Shown here in pieces: positions 37,240-50,000 of a stretch of DNA of 64,000 bases. The notes under the pieces were generated by a model. The model made no database searches, was not told where the DNA came from, and saw nothing but the letters and a program-made list of their open reading frames with translations. The stretch is from Botryllus schlosseri (Eukaryota). The translations under genes and the position numbers were made by a program. Numbering within the stretch: the stretch's first letter is position 1; each line of letters starts with the position of its first letter. The stretch spans positions 9,362,001-9,426,000 of the forward strand of contig CM119384.1 of the NCBI GenBank assembly GCA_051294905.1, in the 5' to 3' direction.

Positions 37240-38433
37240 CAGAGATGAGCAATGAGCATGGATTAGGATTTGAAAAAACAGGATTTGTGAAATTTTGTCG
37301 GATTTGGATTGGACTAGCATTAAAGATTTTTTTCTGAACGGATTTGGATTGGATTTTCCTATTTTCAGGGAGATCGATATGTCGTGTGGCGAATGGCGAC
37401 AAACTTTATTCAGATCAGTTATTAATGTACTTATGGTTACTAGCTTATCTTGAATCAAGGGAATCGTTGGTTGTGAAAGAGAAATTTCCAATTCCTCCCT
37501 TGTATAAATTAGCATTTTTTCTGAATTTCCAGTTAGAATCGGATTAGGATTGGACATGGACTTGAATAAGAAAAAGTTATGCGCTTCATGCCAGCATGGG
37601 TTCTTCTGATACTCTTTAAATCCTTAATCCAATCTAAGTTACATTATGGCATCCTCTGTTGCGGGGCTGCCAGTAAAACTGCACTCAAGCCACTGCAGAA
37701 ACTACAGCATAAAGTACTCCGAATCATAGCTAGGGCCCCAAAGGGTCCTGGCTGCCCATCCAATAAGTCGCTGCTGAAGAGATTCGGCGTCCTAAACATA
37801 GAAGATATGCGGAAACTAGAAATCGCCAAGTTTATGTACCAGTTTCACTGTGGTCGTTGCCCCGAATATTTCAATGACTTCTTTACCTCTGAATCAAAAG
37901 CGCACAAGTACAACACACGCGCGTCCACGTCGTCCAAATATCATATGATCGACCGAAAAGATAATCGCTCCATCAAATATGCCGGACCTGATGTGTGGAA
38001 CAGTATCCCGCCGGCCATCCGACAGTCGACGAGCATGTCCACATTCTAGTCGAAATACAAGCAATTACTACTGAATAAATACAGTCCATCCTCAAGATTA
38101 CCGGACCACGACTGACCTATCGATCTCGCTTCCCATGACATGCCGCCCGATTTCTTGTCGCATTCTTTTTCTATACTATCTTCTTTACTTTCATTCAGTG
38201 TGCATGCCTCCTCTTTACATCGCCTAGGCCAAGGTGGGTGTCAGATTGCATAGACTACTCCTTGTCGCTTCGACATCTTCCTGTCTTTTCATTGTATCGC
38301 ATTTTTGTGGTGTATTGAACTGATAAAATTGCTAATAAACCAATGATGATGATGATGAGGATTAGGATTTGGATTTGAAGGTTCGGATTTGGATTGGATT
38401 AGGACATAGAAATTCCAAATCCGCTCATCTCTG
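37240..38433. mobile_element. hAT-like MITE (family E, GGATT-rich) interrupted by a LINE fragment
   Basis: Ends CAGAGATGAGC (37240) / GCTCATCTCTG (38423-38433). The sequence either side of 37581-38357 (..GAAAAAGTTATG | AGGATTAGGATTTGG..) is contiguous in the second copy at about 39320. No TSD recognisable. Confidence 0.7.
37581..38357 (+). mobile_element. Second copy of the same LINE 3' end, inverted relative to 35988-36765
   Basis: Near-identical to the minus copy: track peptides 36517-36702(+) and 37644-37829(-) are identical. Premature TAG at 38047-38049; ends AATAAACCA(ATG)5. Confidence 0.92.
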
Positions 38434-38615
38434 GTATATAGACGTCAGATCTTTCAAGGAGGCATTAAACCGCGATTATGACTAGTGCGCTACGATAAAC
38501 TATGGATCTTAGGTGAGATGCAAAGGCTATGATATCATCTGAGTGCTTGCCATAATAAAAAAAGGCTTGCACTGATAGTAAGTGAGCAAATAAATAAAGC
38601 CCGAGACTGCTTGAT

Positions 38616-39126
38616 CCAAGTTTATGTATCAGTTTCACTGCGGTCGTTGCCCCGAATATTTCAATGACTTCTTTACCTCTGAATCAAAAGCGCACAAGTA
38701 CAACACACGCGCGTCCACGTCGTCCAAATATCATATGATCGACCGAAAAGATCATCGCTCCATCAAATATGCCGGACCTGATGTGTGGAACAGTATCCCG
38801 CCGGCCATCCGACAGTCGACGAGCATGTCCACATTCAAGTCGAAATACAAGCAATTACTACTAAATAAATACAGTCCATCCTCAAGATTACCGGACCACG
38901 ACTGACCTATCGATCTCGCTTCCCATGACATGCCGCCCTATTTCTTGTCGCATTCTTCTTTCTATACCATCTTCTTTACTTTCATTCAGTGTGCGTGCAT
39001 GCCTCCTCTTTACATCGCCTAGGCCAAGGTGGGTGTCAGATTCCATAGACTACTCCTTGTCGCTTCGACATCTTCTTGTCTTTTCATTGTATCGCATTTT
39101 TGTGGTGTATTGAACTGATAAAATTG
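38616..39126 (+). mobile_element. Third copy of the LINE 3' end, lacking the tail
   Basis: ORF 38624-38905 equals the last 93 aa of the 36231-37259 ORF; homology stops at GATAAAATTG just before AATAAA. Confidence 0.9.
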
Positions 39127-39129
39127 TAG

Positions 39130-39406
39130 TGTGGCGAATGGCGACAAACTTTATTCAGATCAGTTATTACTGTACTTATGGTTACTGAGTTATCTTGAAT
39201 CAAGGGAATCGTTGGTTGTGAAAGAAAATTTTCCAATTTCTTCCTTGCATAAATTAGCATTTTTTCTAAATTTCCAGTTAGAATCGGATTAGGATTGGAC
39301 ATGGACTTGAATATGAAAAAGTTATGGATTAGGATTAGGATTTGGATTTGCAGGTTCGGATTTGGATTGGATTAGGATATAGAAATTTCAAATCCGCTAA
39401 TCTCTG
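39130..39406. mobile_element. 3' part of a second family E MITE
   Basis: Matches 37385-37580 plus 38358-38433 without the LINE insert; ends AATCCGCTAATCTCTG, 73 nt before the MoaC ATG. Confidence 0.8.
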
Positions 39407-39478
39407 CTTGCCTCCTCCCAAGTTGTAAACACAAAGCGATTTGTTACTAAAACAAACCGCAACAGGGGCACCATTGCG

Positions 39479-40105
39479 ATGTCATTCCGTTGCTTGGAGC
39501 AAGTAGCTCGTAAGTTTCTTCAATATAATACCGCCAGTGGAATCACGACTAGCATTCGATCGTCAGATATCGAAGGGAGCTTACGAACGTGGAATAATTC
39601 CGTGATAGCGATTCGGAATGCCCTGACTCACAGCGACCAGCATGGAAAAGCAAAGATGGTAGATGTCAGTGACAAGGTACCGACGAAGCGAGAAGCTACC
39701 GCGTCAGCAATAGTGTCATTGCAACAAGACACTTTCAAGTTATTGCAGGATAACCAATTGAAAAAAGGAGACGTCCTGTCCGTAGCCACACTCGCTGGGA
39801 TAATGGGCGCTAAGGAATGCCACAGGTTAATTCCGTTGTGTCATCATGTTCCTCTCAGCAATGTCAAATTGAATCTTTCACTGAATGAGGAAAGTAATGC
39901 TGTAAATATTGCAGGAACTGCGGTAAGTGTTGGGCAAACGGGAGTTGAGATGGAAGCATTGACTGCGGTGTCGATTGCTGCGTTGACTATTTATGATATG
40001 TGCAAGGGAGTTTCTCAAAATATTGTAATAGGTGATATTCAATTGCTTGAGAAAAAGGGTGGAAAATCAGGCCACTATCGAAAATCTGCTTCAAGTGCCA
40101 CGTAG
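39479..40105 (+). CDS. MOCS1B: Cyclic pyranopterin monophosphate synthase (MoaC / MOCS1B / CNX3 family), single exon, with a presequence-like N-terminus of about 48 aa
   Basis: MoaC motifs LTH..G.AKMVDVSDK, LKKGDVLSVATLAGIMGAK, LIPLCH, TGVEMEALTAVS.AALTIYDMCK, KKGGKSG. The N-terminus is Arg/Ser/Thr-rich with few acidic residues. A splice-acceptor-like AACAG lies at 39461-39465. Confidence 0.95.
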   Translation: MSFRCLEQVARKFLQYNTASGITTSIRSSDIEGSLRTWNNSVIAIRNALTHSDQHGKAKMVDVSDKVPTKREATASAIVSLQQDTFKLLQDNQLKKGDVLSVATLAGIMGAKECHRLIPLCHHVPLSNVKLNLSLNEESNAVNIAGTAVSVGQTGVEMEALTAVSIAALTIYDMCKGVSQNIVIGDIQLLEKKGGKSGHYRKSASSAT

Positions 40106-41081
40106 CCTATATTTTGGACTAGTTTAATGCAGGTCGTTCGATTGAATATGAGTGACTGTCGTATATATATATAGCCTCATGTTTGTGGTCCAGGGCCAAA
40201 ATGATCACCACTCCTGTCTAATCGGGCGTAATGGGACTCGTCTATTGTTTTCCATTACCCGCCAATCATGATATATATGTTGATCTTGATGATATGTATG
40301 TCTATAACTGCGCAACAACTGACATTATGTTAGAGGCTTTGACGATTGTCTTAAGATCAGGTAACTGCCGTTATAAAACTATCGAATGAGATATACTCAA
40401 CTTTTTCTCAATTGGGGAGGCATATCTTATGGGCGGATAACTTGTGACTATGCTTTATGTCATTTTTGTCTTCTCATGCACATTGATTGAGTATTAGAAT
40501 GTGAGCACCGTATGTGAATAGAGGCCTATGTCTGTCTATTTTCTGTGCAATAAGGTTCAAAGGTTATTTTCAGACAAACCCATCATATCAGCCAACCTAA
40601 ACTACCAATGCTGCATTAATTTCAGTATGGAGTAAACTACTCTTTCGTTTGGTCATACAAATATGAAGTTACTAGATAGAACGGAAGGAAGAATATGCGA
40701 TTCCGGTCCCTAAGGCGGGTGACTGCTCAAGTTAGGTCAATGTGCAATGCCGTTTTTTTTCCTTTTATGATTGGCAAAGTTAGTTTGAAGCAAGTCATAA
40801 GAAATAACTGAAATCATATTGCCTAAACTGTCACTTTTAGAATTTTTTGTTGAAGATAAATGATTATCGTCCATAAGCTTTATTAACTTGATAATGTCGG
40901 TAGAATTAAGTTTGTCTTACCACTTTGTTGTCATTCTTTCTAAAGAGGCTGGAGCTACATAAATCTATGAGGGCACTTTGTATTGTAATTTAACTCAAAT
41001 TCTATTGCATTGCATATTTAACTTTTGATCCGTTAGCGTACTAAATTATCATTTTGCTTCTTCAAATTTACATACCACAGA

Positions 41082-44000
41082 ATGTATTTGCTCAAAAACG
41101 ATCTTTATGGCGTAAGTGTGATTTAATAGGACCGTCTCATTCTCTTTATTCTGGCAGGTAATCAGCTTAGATATATTAGATGGCATTTTCTAATCCGTCT
41201 CATTCTGTGGTCACAATGTCAAGAATTGCAAACCATCTGGACAGGCAAGAGCTGTGTGATGTGGTTCTTGTAGGTAAGTGAATTGAATTAACAATAGTTT
41301 GACCTAATCAGGAATCTTATTTTCATTGAAAACATTTTCATCATCATATAATCTGAATATAGATCATTCCAACTTTTCTAGTCAATTGACAATCAACTTA
41401 TCTACATCTTATATCCATATCCAAGTTGTTCTAGATAGACTACATGAATATGTTTTGCATGCAGGCACTATACTAACATAAAGGATTCTAGACATGTTGC
41501 CAACAATTACTGCTTGGATAAATTGATTTGTGACTTATTGACAATATCTTATCTTACTTTCAGTAAATTCAAAAAGGATTCCTGCTCACAAGCTTGTTCT
41601 TTCTTCGACCTCTGATTATTTCCATGCAATGTTCAACAACAGTCTTCGCGAGTCTTCGCAATCAGAAGTTGAATTGACAGATGTGGACCCTGATGCGCTG
41701 GAAGAACTTGTCAAGTACATGTACTCGGGTATGTGTTTTTTGTGAAATTTTAGTAGCTGTCGGTGGCTTTTGAAAATGACATTCAACTGCTAGGTGGGAT
41801 AGCCATTTTGATGCAGATACGTTACTGCCTATGAATTTGGTATTGCAGCTTTAAGCATAAAAGTTTATCTGAATTTCACTTCAACTTTGTAACTTGTTGA
41901 AATTGAGTTACATTTTAAAAAAATGTCTCCAGCTGACTTCGGTATGTTGCAAAATTTCAATGTCTCATCTTGTGGAAATGATGTTTTGACTCACATTTTT
42001 GGTGTCACGGATTTTCAAATGCTTTCGATATATTAGTTCAACAACACAGGTCACAAACGGTCACGAACAATCACAGGTCATAAACGTGGGCTGGACTCTT
42101 GTCGAGATAGGACAGAGGCAATGTCGACTTAATCTGAAGAAAAATTAGGTTAGCAAGTGTATCAACAATACTTGCTTCCATCGTGATATGATGTTGTACG
42201 GTGATATTGTCATTGCAGATGTGTCCCTATGTCTACTCCTGAATGTTAGCGGAATTCAGATTACTCGCACACTCAGTAATGCACTTGCGTTATCAAAATT
42301 TTGTATTTACTGTAACCATCATCCATGAGCAACGCAATTTCCTGGTCACAGGACTGCATCAGCCATCGCATGAATATAATGCATGATGTGACTGATGTAT
42401 TTCTGCAGCTTGTTCGAACTGAAATATCTACTCTTAACTTACCACTGTTGTCAAATTATTACTGGCATTGCATTACAACCAGACTTATACAAACTGCTAG
42501 ATTTTCAAAAAGTGCAACTTAAACTACTCAATTTTCAAAATCCTCAACTAGAACTACGTAAAAAACGTTAGTTAGTTGACCGTAAACCAGCCAAATGGGT
42601 AGTTTGTAGTCTGATTGCAACTGATACGTTTTTCACTACGGGCGGACGGCCCGAGAATTATCTACAATTCACAAAGAATCATAGGCATTACTGGCATATT
42701 CAGTTTCAACACGGTCCGTATTTCAATTATTTTAGGGAAAGTGGAAATTCGGGAAGACAACGTCGAAAGGCTATTGACGACTGCGAACTTACTGCAGTTG
42801 ACGGCTGTGCTTGAAGCCTCGTGCGACTTCCTCAGAAATCAGTTGCATCCTTCGAACTGTCTCGGCATACATCGGTTTGCGGACATTCAGGGATGTTCCG
42901 AGCTGCACAAGGCAGCGCACTTATACTGCATGGTGAGGAAATGGCTAGGGCATTGTTTTCGGGTTTCGCGTCATCGATATTTAAAATTCATATTCACAGT
43001 ACACTGTATAATCTCTTCTTTCTGTGTTTGAGCTTGTCTGATTTTGGCTTTTCAAAATTGAACAGTGTTATGGTTATCTGGCTTGGATGTCAGAATTGTA
43101 AATGGTGATATGATAATGAAGCTATACTTTTGTAACTGGTGAAATTTCTCTTGAAGTTGCTCACTTCTTACTATGTATGTGTCAGCCTTGGTGACAGAGA
43201 TTATGGTAAAAATGTATGTATGTTTCCGTCCTTCTAATATGAAAAAATAAATCCACAGGAACATTTCAGCGACGTAGCGCAAAATCGCGAGTTTCTGCAA
43301 CTGCCGTACAAACAGGTGCGTTGTCTTTTAGCTTTGGCATTTTTTTTTTGCCTGATATGCGATGATAACATGGAATTTGAATCAAAAATCTTTGAAGGAC
43401 AAGATAAATTTATTGTTTAATTGGAAAAGCCACAAAAACGTGAAGTGAAACACAAAGATTCCAACGTGTCTCAGCACTTTATTCTGTTATTAATCATTCA
43501 CTAATTGAAAAATCAATTGCTGTATATCACTTTCTGAAATATATACCTTACCCAACAGATGTGAATCTGGATCATTTGTGTTTGCGCGATACCGTCTGTC
43601 ATCAATATTAGTCACACAAATGCCCAGCAATTAGCGATGCATTATGCATGGCCGGCTTGCTATAGCAATCTGGGAATTATGGATGTCCTAAAAGTCACAG
43701 CTGTAGCAGATTCAGATCAGCATACGTCGGGTTGGATCTCAGTCTGGTGTTGTTTCGCAGCATAAGAAGGACTTTTAGAATGGAAATTTTCAATCTAAAA
43801 TACTAACGACTACTGTTTTATTTCGCCTACATGCTTTCTTACTGCATAGCATGCCTAATCCCACTGATCCCAAAATCACGCCTTTTTGATACAGTATAAT
43901 ATGTCTTGAATGATTCCAGATTGCATTAAAATTGGACGACTGCATTTAAATTCAAATAAATGAAGCTGACTTTTTTTCAAAATCAATTGCCGGTACAGGA

Positions 44001-47000
44001 AACAGTACCTTCTTATTGGTAATCAATTCAATTCAATTCAATTCAATTTTCGGCTGACTCTCATCAAAACTCGGCAAAACTGTTGTTCTGATTCGAAATG
44101 TAACAATAATTTGATTGGCTGAGGGAATAATGTAAAAAAACTAAGACAGTGTACTGTAGTAACAATACACAAGAAATGTTAACAACTTACAAGTAAGTAT
44201 TATTATTATTACACCACACAAACAACAAATTTAATTCATGTAAGTACTAAACAGACGTTCGCTACTGATGACAGTCGGTCGAAAAGCTTTATCAGAGAAA
44301 ATTTACAGTATGAAGTTATTAGCTCGTGTAATTCTGAAGTTCTCTGCCCTGAATGGCATGTTTGTATAACTTTTTATTCAAAATGCCTTTTTTCTGTAGA
44401 TTTCCCTGCTGGTGGAAAGTGATGATATTAATATCTCGAAAGAGGAAGATATGTTCAAAGCGGTGTTGGCGTGGGTCGAGTATAACACCGACAAGAGGAA
44501 GGACATGTTGCCTGAACTGCTTTCGCGCGTCCGATTGACTAACGTCTCAAAAGAGGTTTGCCATTACATGGTTTACATCTAGAAAGAGGCTTATGGTTCT
44601 CATACGCTAAACCTGACGTTGGTACTCTTAACGTCTAAAAATACACCCACTGGTAGGGCTGCGAAAAATCGAGTATCTGGGGGAGACGAGTATTCAAGTA
44701 CCACCTGTAATGACGTCATAACAGCGCTGATGATTTAACCGGTTGGCACCCGCTGCCATTTCAGACAAATTTTACTTCCTATTTAAAAATTTAAAAATTG
44801 TACCTTCATGGGATCCGAACATGGTAACCTAGGCATCGTTCGATTCAAAACTTCAATGCGCAGCCGATTGCACCACTCAAATCAATATAGATTGTTAATT
44901 GTTATATGAAAACTACAGCCAACCATAAATACATATTGGCACATTAGCTGGTGTAAATACGCTGAGTAAGATTGTTCTTATAACGATTTATACATGACTA
45001 TTAGCCTTTATTTTGATACTAGTAGAATGGTATAGGAAACAGCAATTCACACAAACAATCTATGAAGGTATATCACTATTACAACTCGAGATATATCACG
45101 TTGTGGGACGAGTGTTCAACTGTTCAGTGTTCAGCTATGCGTTTCCGTGAGACCATGTAACTGGCGGATATTTTTGTCCTACGGCCTATCACATAGCTTT
45201 TGAACACCTTATATAGAACGAATATCCAATATGAAGATATGAGTGGACTTGTACGGATACTGGATTTTCGCAGAAAGAAACTGCTACAGCCTAGGACAGC
45301 TGGAACGAAAGATATAGTGCACTATCTGAGAGTGGTCGAAGACGCACCCGTTGACGGGACAGCATATTTGTAACACATTTGTTTACGGTGATTCATATCG
45401 GATTTTCACGTTTTAGGCATAATTAATGTCAAATAATAAGGTTTCAATGAACTTGCACGAATATCTATTCACAGAAATTAACCGCGACTACCTAGCACAA
45501 TTAGAACGGTACATATCGAGGTTTCTAACACGCGATTACGGTACGATTCCCTCGCACCGGCATTTTTTGTCCGCAAGTTTTTAATGCAAGTTACACTTCA
45601 ATCAAAATATTTTATTTTATTTCTGAACCATGAGTATTTAGTCTACCCTCCACTAATCATTTCAATTGATTCTCAACCCAGATTTGAGTACTAGAATCGT
45701 TGTTTCCGCCCTACAACAATTCAAATAAGCGTGGCGTTTGCATGGAATTTCGAGACTATCGCAAACCCGTACTTTGCAGTTTCTCGCCGATAACGTTCAG
45801 CCGCACCCGTTGATCCGAGAGTCTCTCGCGTGTCAGCACCTAGTCGTGCAGAGCTTCATGTACCACATGATGTCCGAGCGCTGCCCGCCGGCACAATCGC
45901 CAAGAAAGTCCACAATGGGTTTTCTGTACGCCATCGGAGGCATAGACAGTGGAAAAGGTATGTAACATGCCTGACTGTAGCATGCGTGGCGTTGTGTAAA
46001 CTGGTCGAACCGTCGAACCGGTGTCGTCAATTGAACCACTAGCAGGCCACGTTTGGTGTTGTCGCGATAAAATCTGGTGATTTCTCGTTTTCGCAGTCTT
46101 GAGCGACATTGGCAGGTGAAACGGAGTTCTGTTTTTGTGTGGTGGATGATATGATTGAAGTAATTTCTTATAAATCCACGACTGCTGCGCATTTGCGACA
46201 GACAGATGGACATTTGCTGTCAGAGGTGGTTGGTAAAGAAGTACTTGTAGTTTTTCAAGGTATATACTTTACTTACGCTCATGGTTAAGTCTTTAGCCTA
46301 CTTTTTAGGCGTAACTGGTCCTAGAACACTCAATTTTTAGCTTACTCAGAAATCACTATTTCTACTTGAGTATAAATTGATGACATCACTCTAACTTTAA
46401 CCACCTGGTTTTTGTTGATTTAACTTTGTGTTCCGCAATACTTTGCAGTCATCCAAACCAAGAACTTTGTGTGATATTCTCTGTTACATCGGCTACATAC
46501 TTATGTTTTTGTTAATCGGCTGTAATGTTAATTTTTAATCACATTTATGTTTCGCCACGTCAGGATTTTCAAGTGAGTTGGGTGTTTCGTTGGTGCCATG
46601 CGGACTGACTATTTCCTCAAAGCATGGAGGGTATGGGTCAAATCTGTGAAGTGAATCTCCTTGTTTTGTGTTTGGCCCACCTACTGTTTTTATTTCGATA
46701 TTAATGGGTCCACTTCCCATGTTGACGCTATTGGCAAATAACTGTAAACAGCGATCTTGGATCAGCCGTGCTAGTCATGTGTTCGGTCGGCCTCACAAAT
46801 AGGAGATTCGACCACTAGCTTTCCCAAGAATGCTCGCGATTTGACCCATCCCAATCACGCGACACGCAGTGTTCATCGCAACATGATACAATTCATGGCA
46901 TGCTATTTTATGGACATTGTATCGGGGCGTTGAAGTGCACGAAACGGCCTTATTATTTTGTGTCTGCGACGTAATGACGTCGCGTATTGAGAGTTTAAAT

Positions 47001-50000
47001 GCTCGGAATTAGGGATGGGCGAAATCAAATCAAACAACTGATTCGGATCAGACGATGGAAATTTGGCACAAATCGAATCACCGTGAGATATTTGTCGATC
47101 ACAATGAAATTCAAAGTGATTTGCTCAGTGGGTCGCATTCAAGATAGAACTGTATTTTGTAACGAAATGATCACAGGTCCCAAGTGACGTAATGGTGTCA
47201 CAGTCGTGTTGCTTCCAGCAACGGGAATACGTTGGCGTAAAGATAGCTGGAGTTTGAAAACATTTGTTTGCTCGATTGGAAACCATAGAGATCCTTTCAA
47301 GGGATCGATTAACTTTGATGCTTGACACCGCTATACTTCATCATTCCGAACCGTCTCTATAACTACCTTTCCGAGGATAATTTGTATCGGATGGCCGAGA
47401 TCAACTGGAGAAGCATCTGTGATATTGACACCTTCCCGTTCATCAATTATGTTCAGGGTAGCGGGACATCTCAACTCGACATTAGCATGAATGGGCATGA
47501 TTCTTGAATGAGGTAGTTGAGTGCTAATGCAACTGAAGTGCCTTTATGCGATGTCGCTTCAAATTGAAAAGGATCTCTGAGCATGAAAGCGCTTCGTCCG
47601 TTGATTTGATATTCTGATTTGATTCATGTGGGATGATAAAGAATTTGATGCCCATCCCTACCCATGATAGCCTGGTGTGCCGCCATAAACAAGCTATGCA
47701 ACTAATCCAGACGTACATTGTAAGCTTTTATTGTACAATGTACTGCGCATATTCTTGCTTATATGTGTTGCAAAGTACACTCTTCTATCATAGTATGTTC
47801 GGTCGCTGTGATCTGTATAGCACCAATATACCGATATACGTTTGGGCAAATATATTGGTATTTCCCAAAACGATGACGCTTCGAAAGAAATTTGCTGTGG
47901 AGAATCGCTTTTTCCGTCAATTTTTCAAGAATCTTGGGTCATGTCATTTTGAGTGTGTCTGAACTAGTGTGCAGAGTTGTTTTCGCAGTATGACTAATAG
48001 AGCCTGACCGATATCGAAAAAAACGGTAATTAGCACCTTCACCAGTGCGATAACCCCGATATATTCATCTGATATTCAAAAGATATGACGTCTAGCTTGA
48101 AGCACATTTTTAAAATTTCGAAACATCTAGTTGGATAGTTTTGAAGCCATTGCTATGCCTGGACTATTGGACAGAAATAAACTACGGTAGAAAGGCGGCA
48201 TCTGGACACCTGTTCGCTATATGCATTATATCAATATTCCGAGTCTATTAGTGCCAGATTATATTTCCCTGACTCCATCCGACCATGTTGTGACATTGCC
48301 GATAGTTTTTTACCTAAACAGACGATATCAATATTTCTTTCAAAGTATGATATCGACTCTGTATTATCGACCCGGCTCTAGTGACTACTGCCTTTGTTTT
48401 GTGACCAAGCCTGTCAATCCATTGTCGCAATCACTTTATTTGCCACGATAATATTAACCCGATTGCGCAATGAATTCGTCAGGCGCCGGCACTATCGAGC
48501 GTTTCGACCCGAGAAGCAATTCTTGGACGACATTTGCTTCGATGACTGGTCGTCGTTTGCAATTCGGGGTGGCGATCCTGGAGGACAAGCTTTTCATCGT
48601 GGGCGGACGCGACGGCTTGAAAACCTTGAACTCTGTGGAGTGTTTCAACGCCAAAACCAAAGTCTGGAATTCCCTGCCCGCAGTCGCGACGCACAGACAC
48701 GGTCTCGGTGAGTGATGCTGTCCAGGGTTGTAATGACTCGAGTCACGATTTTTTGGTGACTCGACTTCACTCGAGTCATTTTTTCAAATGCGTAAAATGA
48801 CTATAGACTGGAGTAAATTTTTGCATTGTCCCGACTTGTACTCAAGTCATTGTGCATGGCTCGAACCGAGTCATATGACTCGAGACTAGGACGGCCTGGA
48901 CAGACATTTCATTGCAACTTCGAAGAATAGTAAAGTTATCACATTATTGGTACTTCGTCTATCAGTCCTGATACTTGGATAATAAGGTCAGAAACTGTTG
49001 AGACTGAGAAAAATTGCTGTATTATGAATGCGAGGCATCATATCACTCGGGCAGAGTTGAAAAGAGTGGGAGTGGGTCGAACCGGATTGAACTGAAAACT
49101 GAACAGTCAACAATTGGACTCGGACTCGAGTCAAAACGCTCGGACTCAGCACTCTACTAACTGACTTGGACTCGGACTTGAAATGCAAATGACGTGAGAT
49201 TGACTTGCAACTCGGAATCTTGTGACTTGGTTACAATCCTGATGCTCTCCAAGTGTGATTTGTTTCATTTCTACTTTCAAATCACAATCTTATAACTTGG
49301 ACAACTTTACACGTAACACTTTAGTTTTCTAAAACATTTGTTGCACTTAGTACATTGGAGCATGGTTCCGAGGTGGTCAGTAACGAAGAACTTCTACTTT
49401 TTGGAGTATTCGAATAGGTTTTATCTGCTTGCACTACTTAAGTGGGTATGGTTTTGGACTACTTCTACTTTGTCAGTTTTAGGGCAAAACTAGGCCCAGA
49501 ATACTTACTTTTTCTTACTTGGAAATCGCTACTGCTTTTACTTGTGTAGTAATTTACAACATTATTTATATTTCTACAACACGCGAAACAATAACCTCGT
49601 ATTGGTAACATATTCACTAAAAATTTTGGACTCTCAAACGTTAGTAGTAGGGTTAATCCAATTTGAAGTGTAGAAACTATTTTGTCCGTATGACGTTATT
49701 ATAACGAAAACTAACAACTAGCAAAAGGGCAAGATATGGTAGTAACATTACATGACAAATGTTACCGAGTACATATCTGGATATAAATAACGGAAAACAG
49801 CTACGCAATACCAGCAAAGACTACTTTGACGTCTACGGAAAGGTTAAAATACAGTTGTAGATTTGGCTATCTGTAGCATATTAATCGAGAAAGGACAGGT
49901 CATCCGGCATTCGTAGACTATCTATCTTAAGTCTATTCAGTCTTAACGCACCTTGTGTAAGTGTCTCGGTCTAATTTTTTCTAATTTTAAATGGAATTGC

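Noticed and set aside
39479-40105. Horizontal transfer or retroposition as the explanation for the intronless MoaC
   Set aside because: The MOCS1B frame is also a single exon in vertebrates; there is no poly(A) remnant or TSD, and there is a eukaryote-style leader. A phylogeny would be needed to reopen this.
43545-43700. Strong minus-strand donor (GG-GTAAGG) in a KLHL intron
   Set aside because: All three frames hit stops shortly upstream with no convincing acceptor.
44654-45713. Possible 1-kb hAT-like element (TAGGGCTGCG ... TTCCGCCCTA)
   Set aside because: Ends match only partly and the flanks (CCCACTGG / CAACAATT) show no TSD; probably ends of different old elements.
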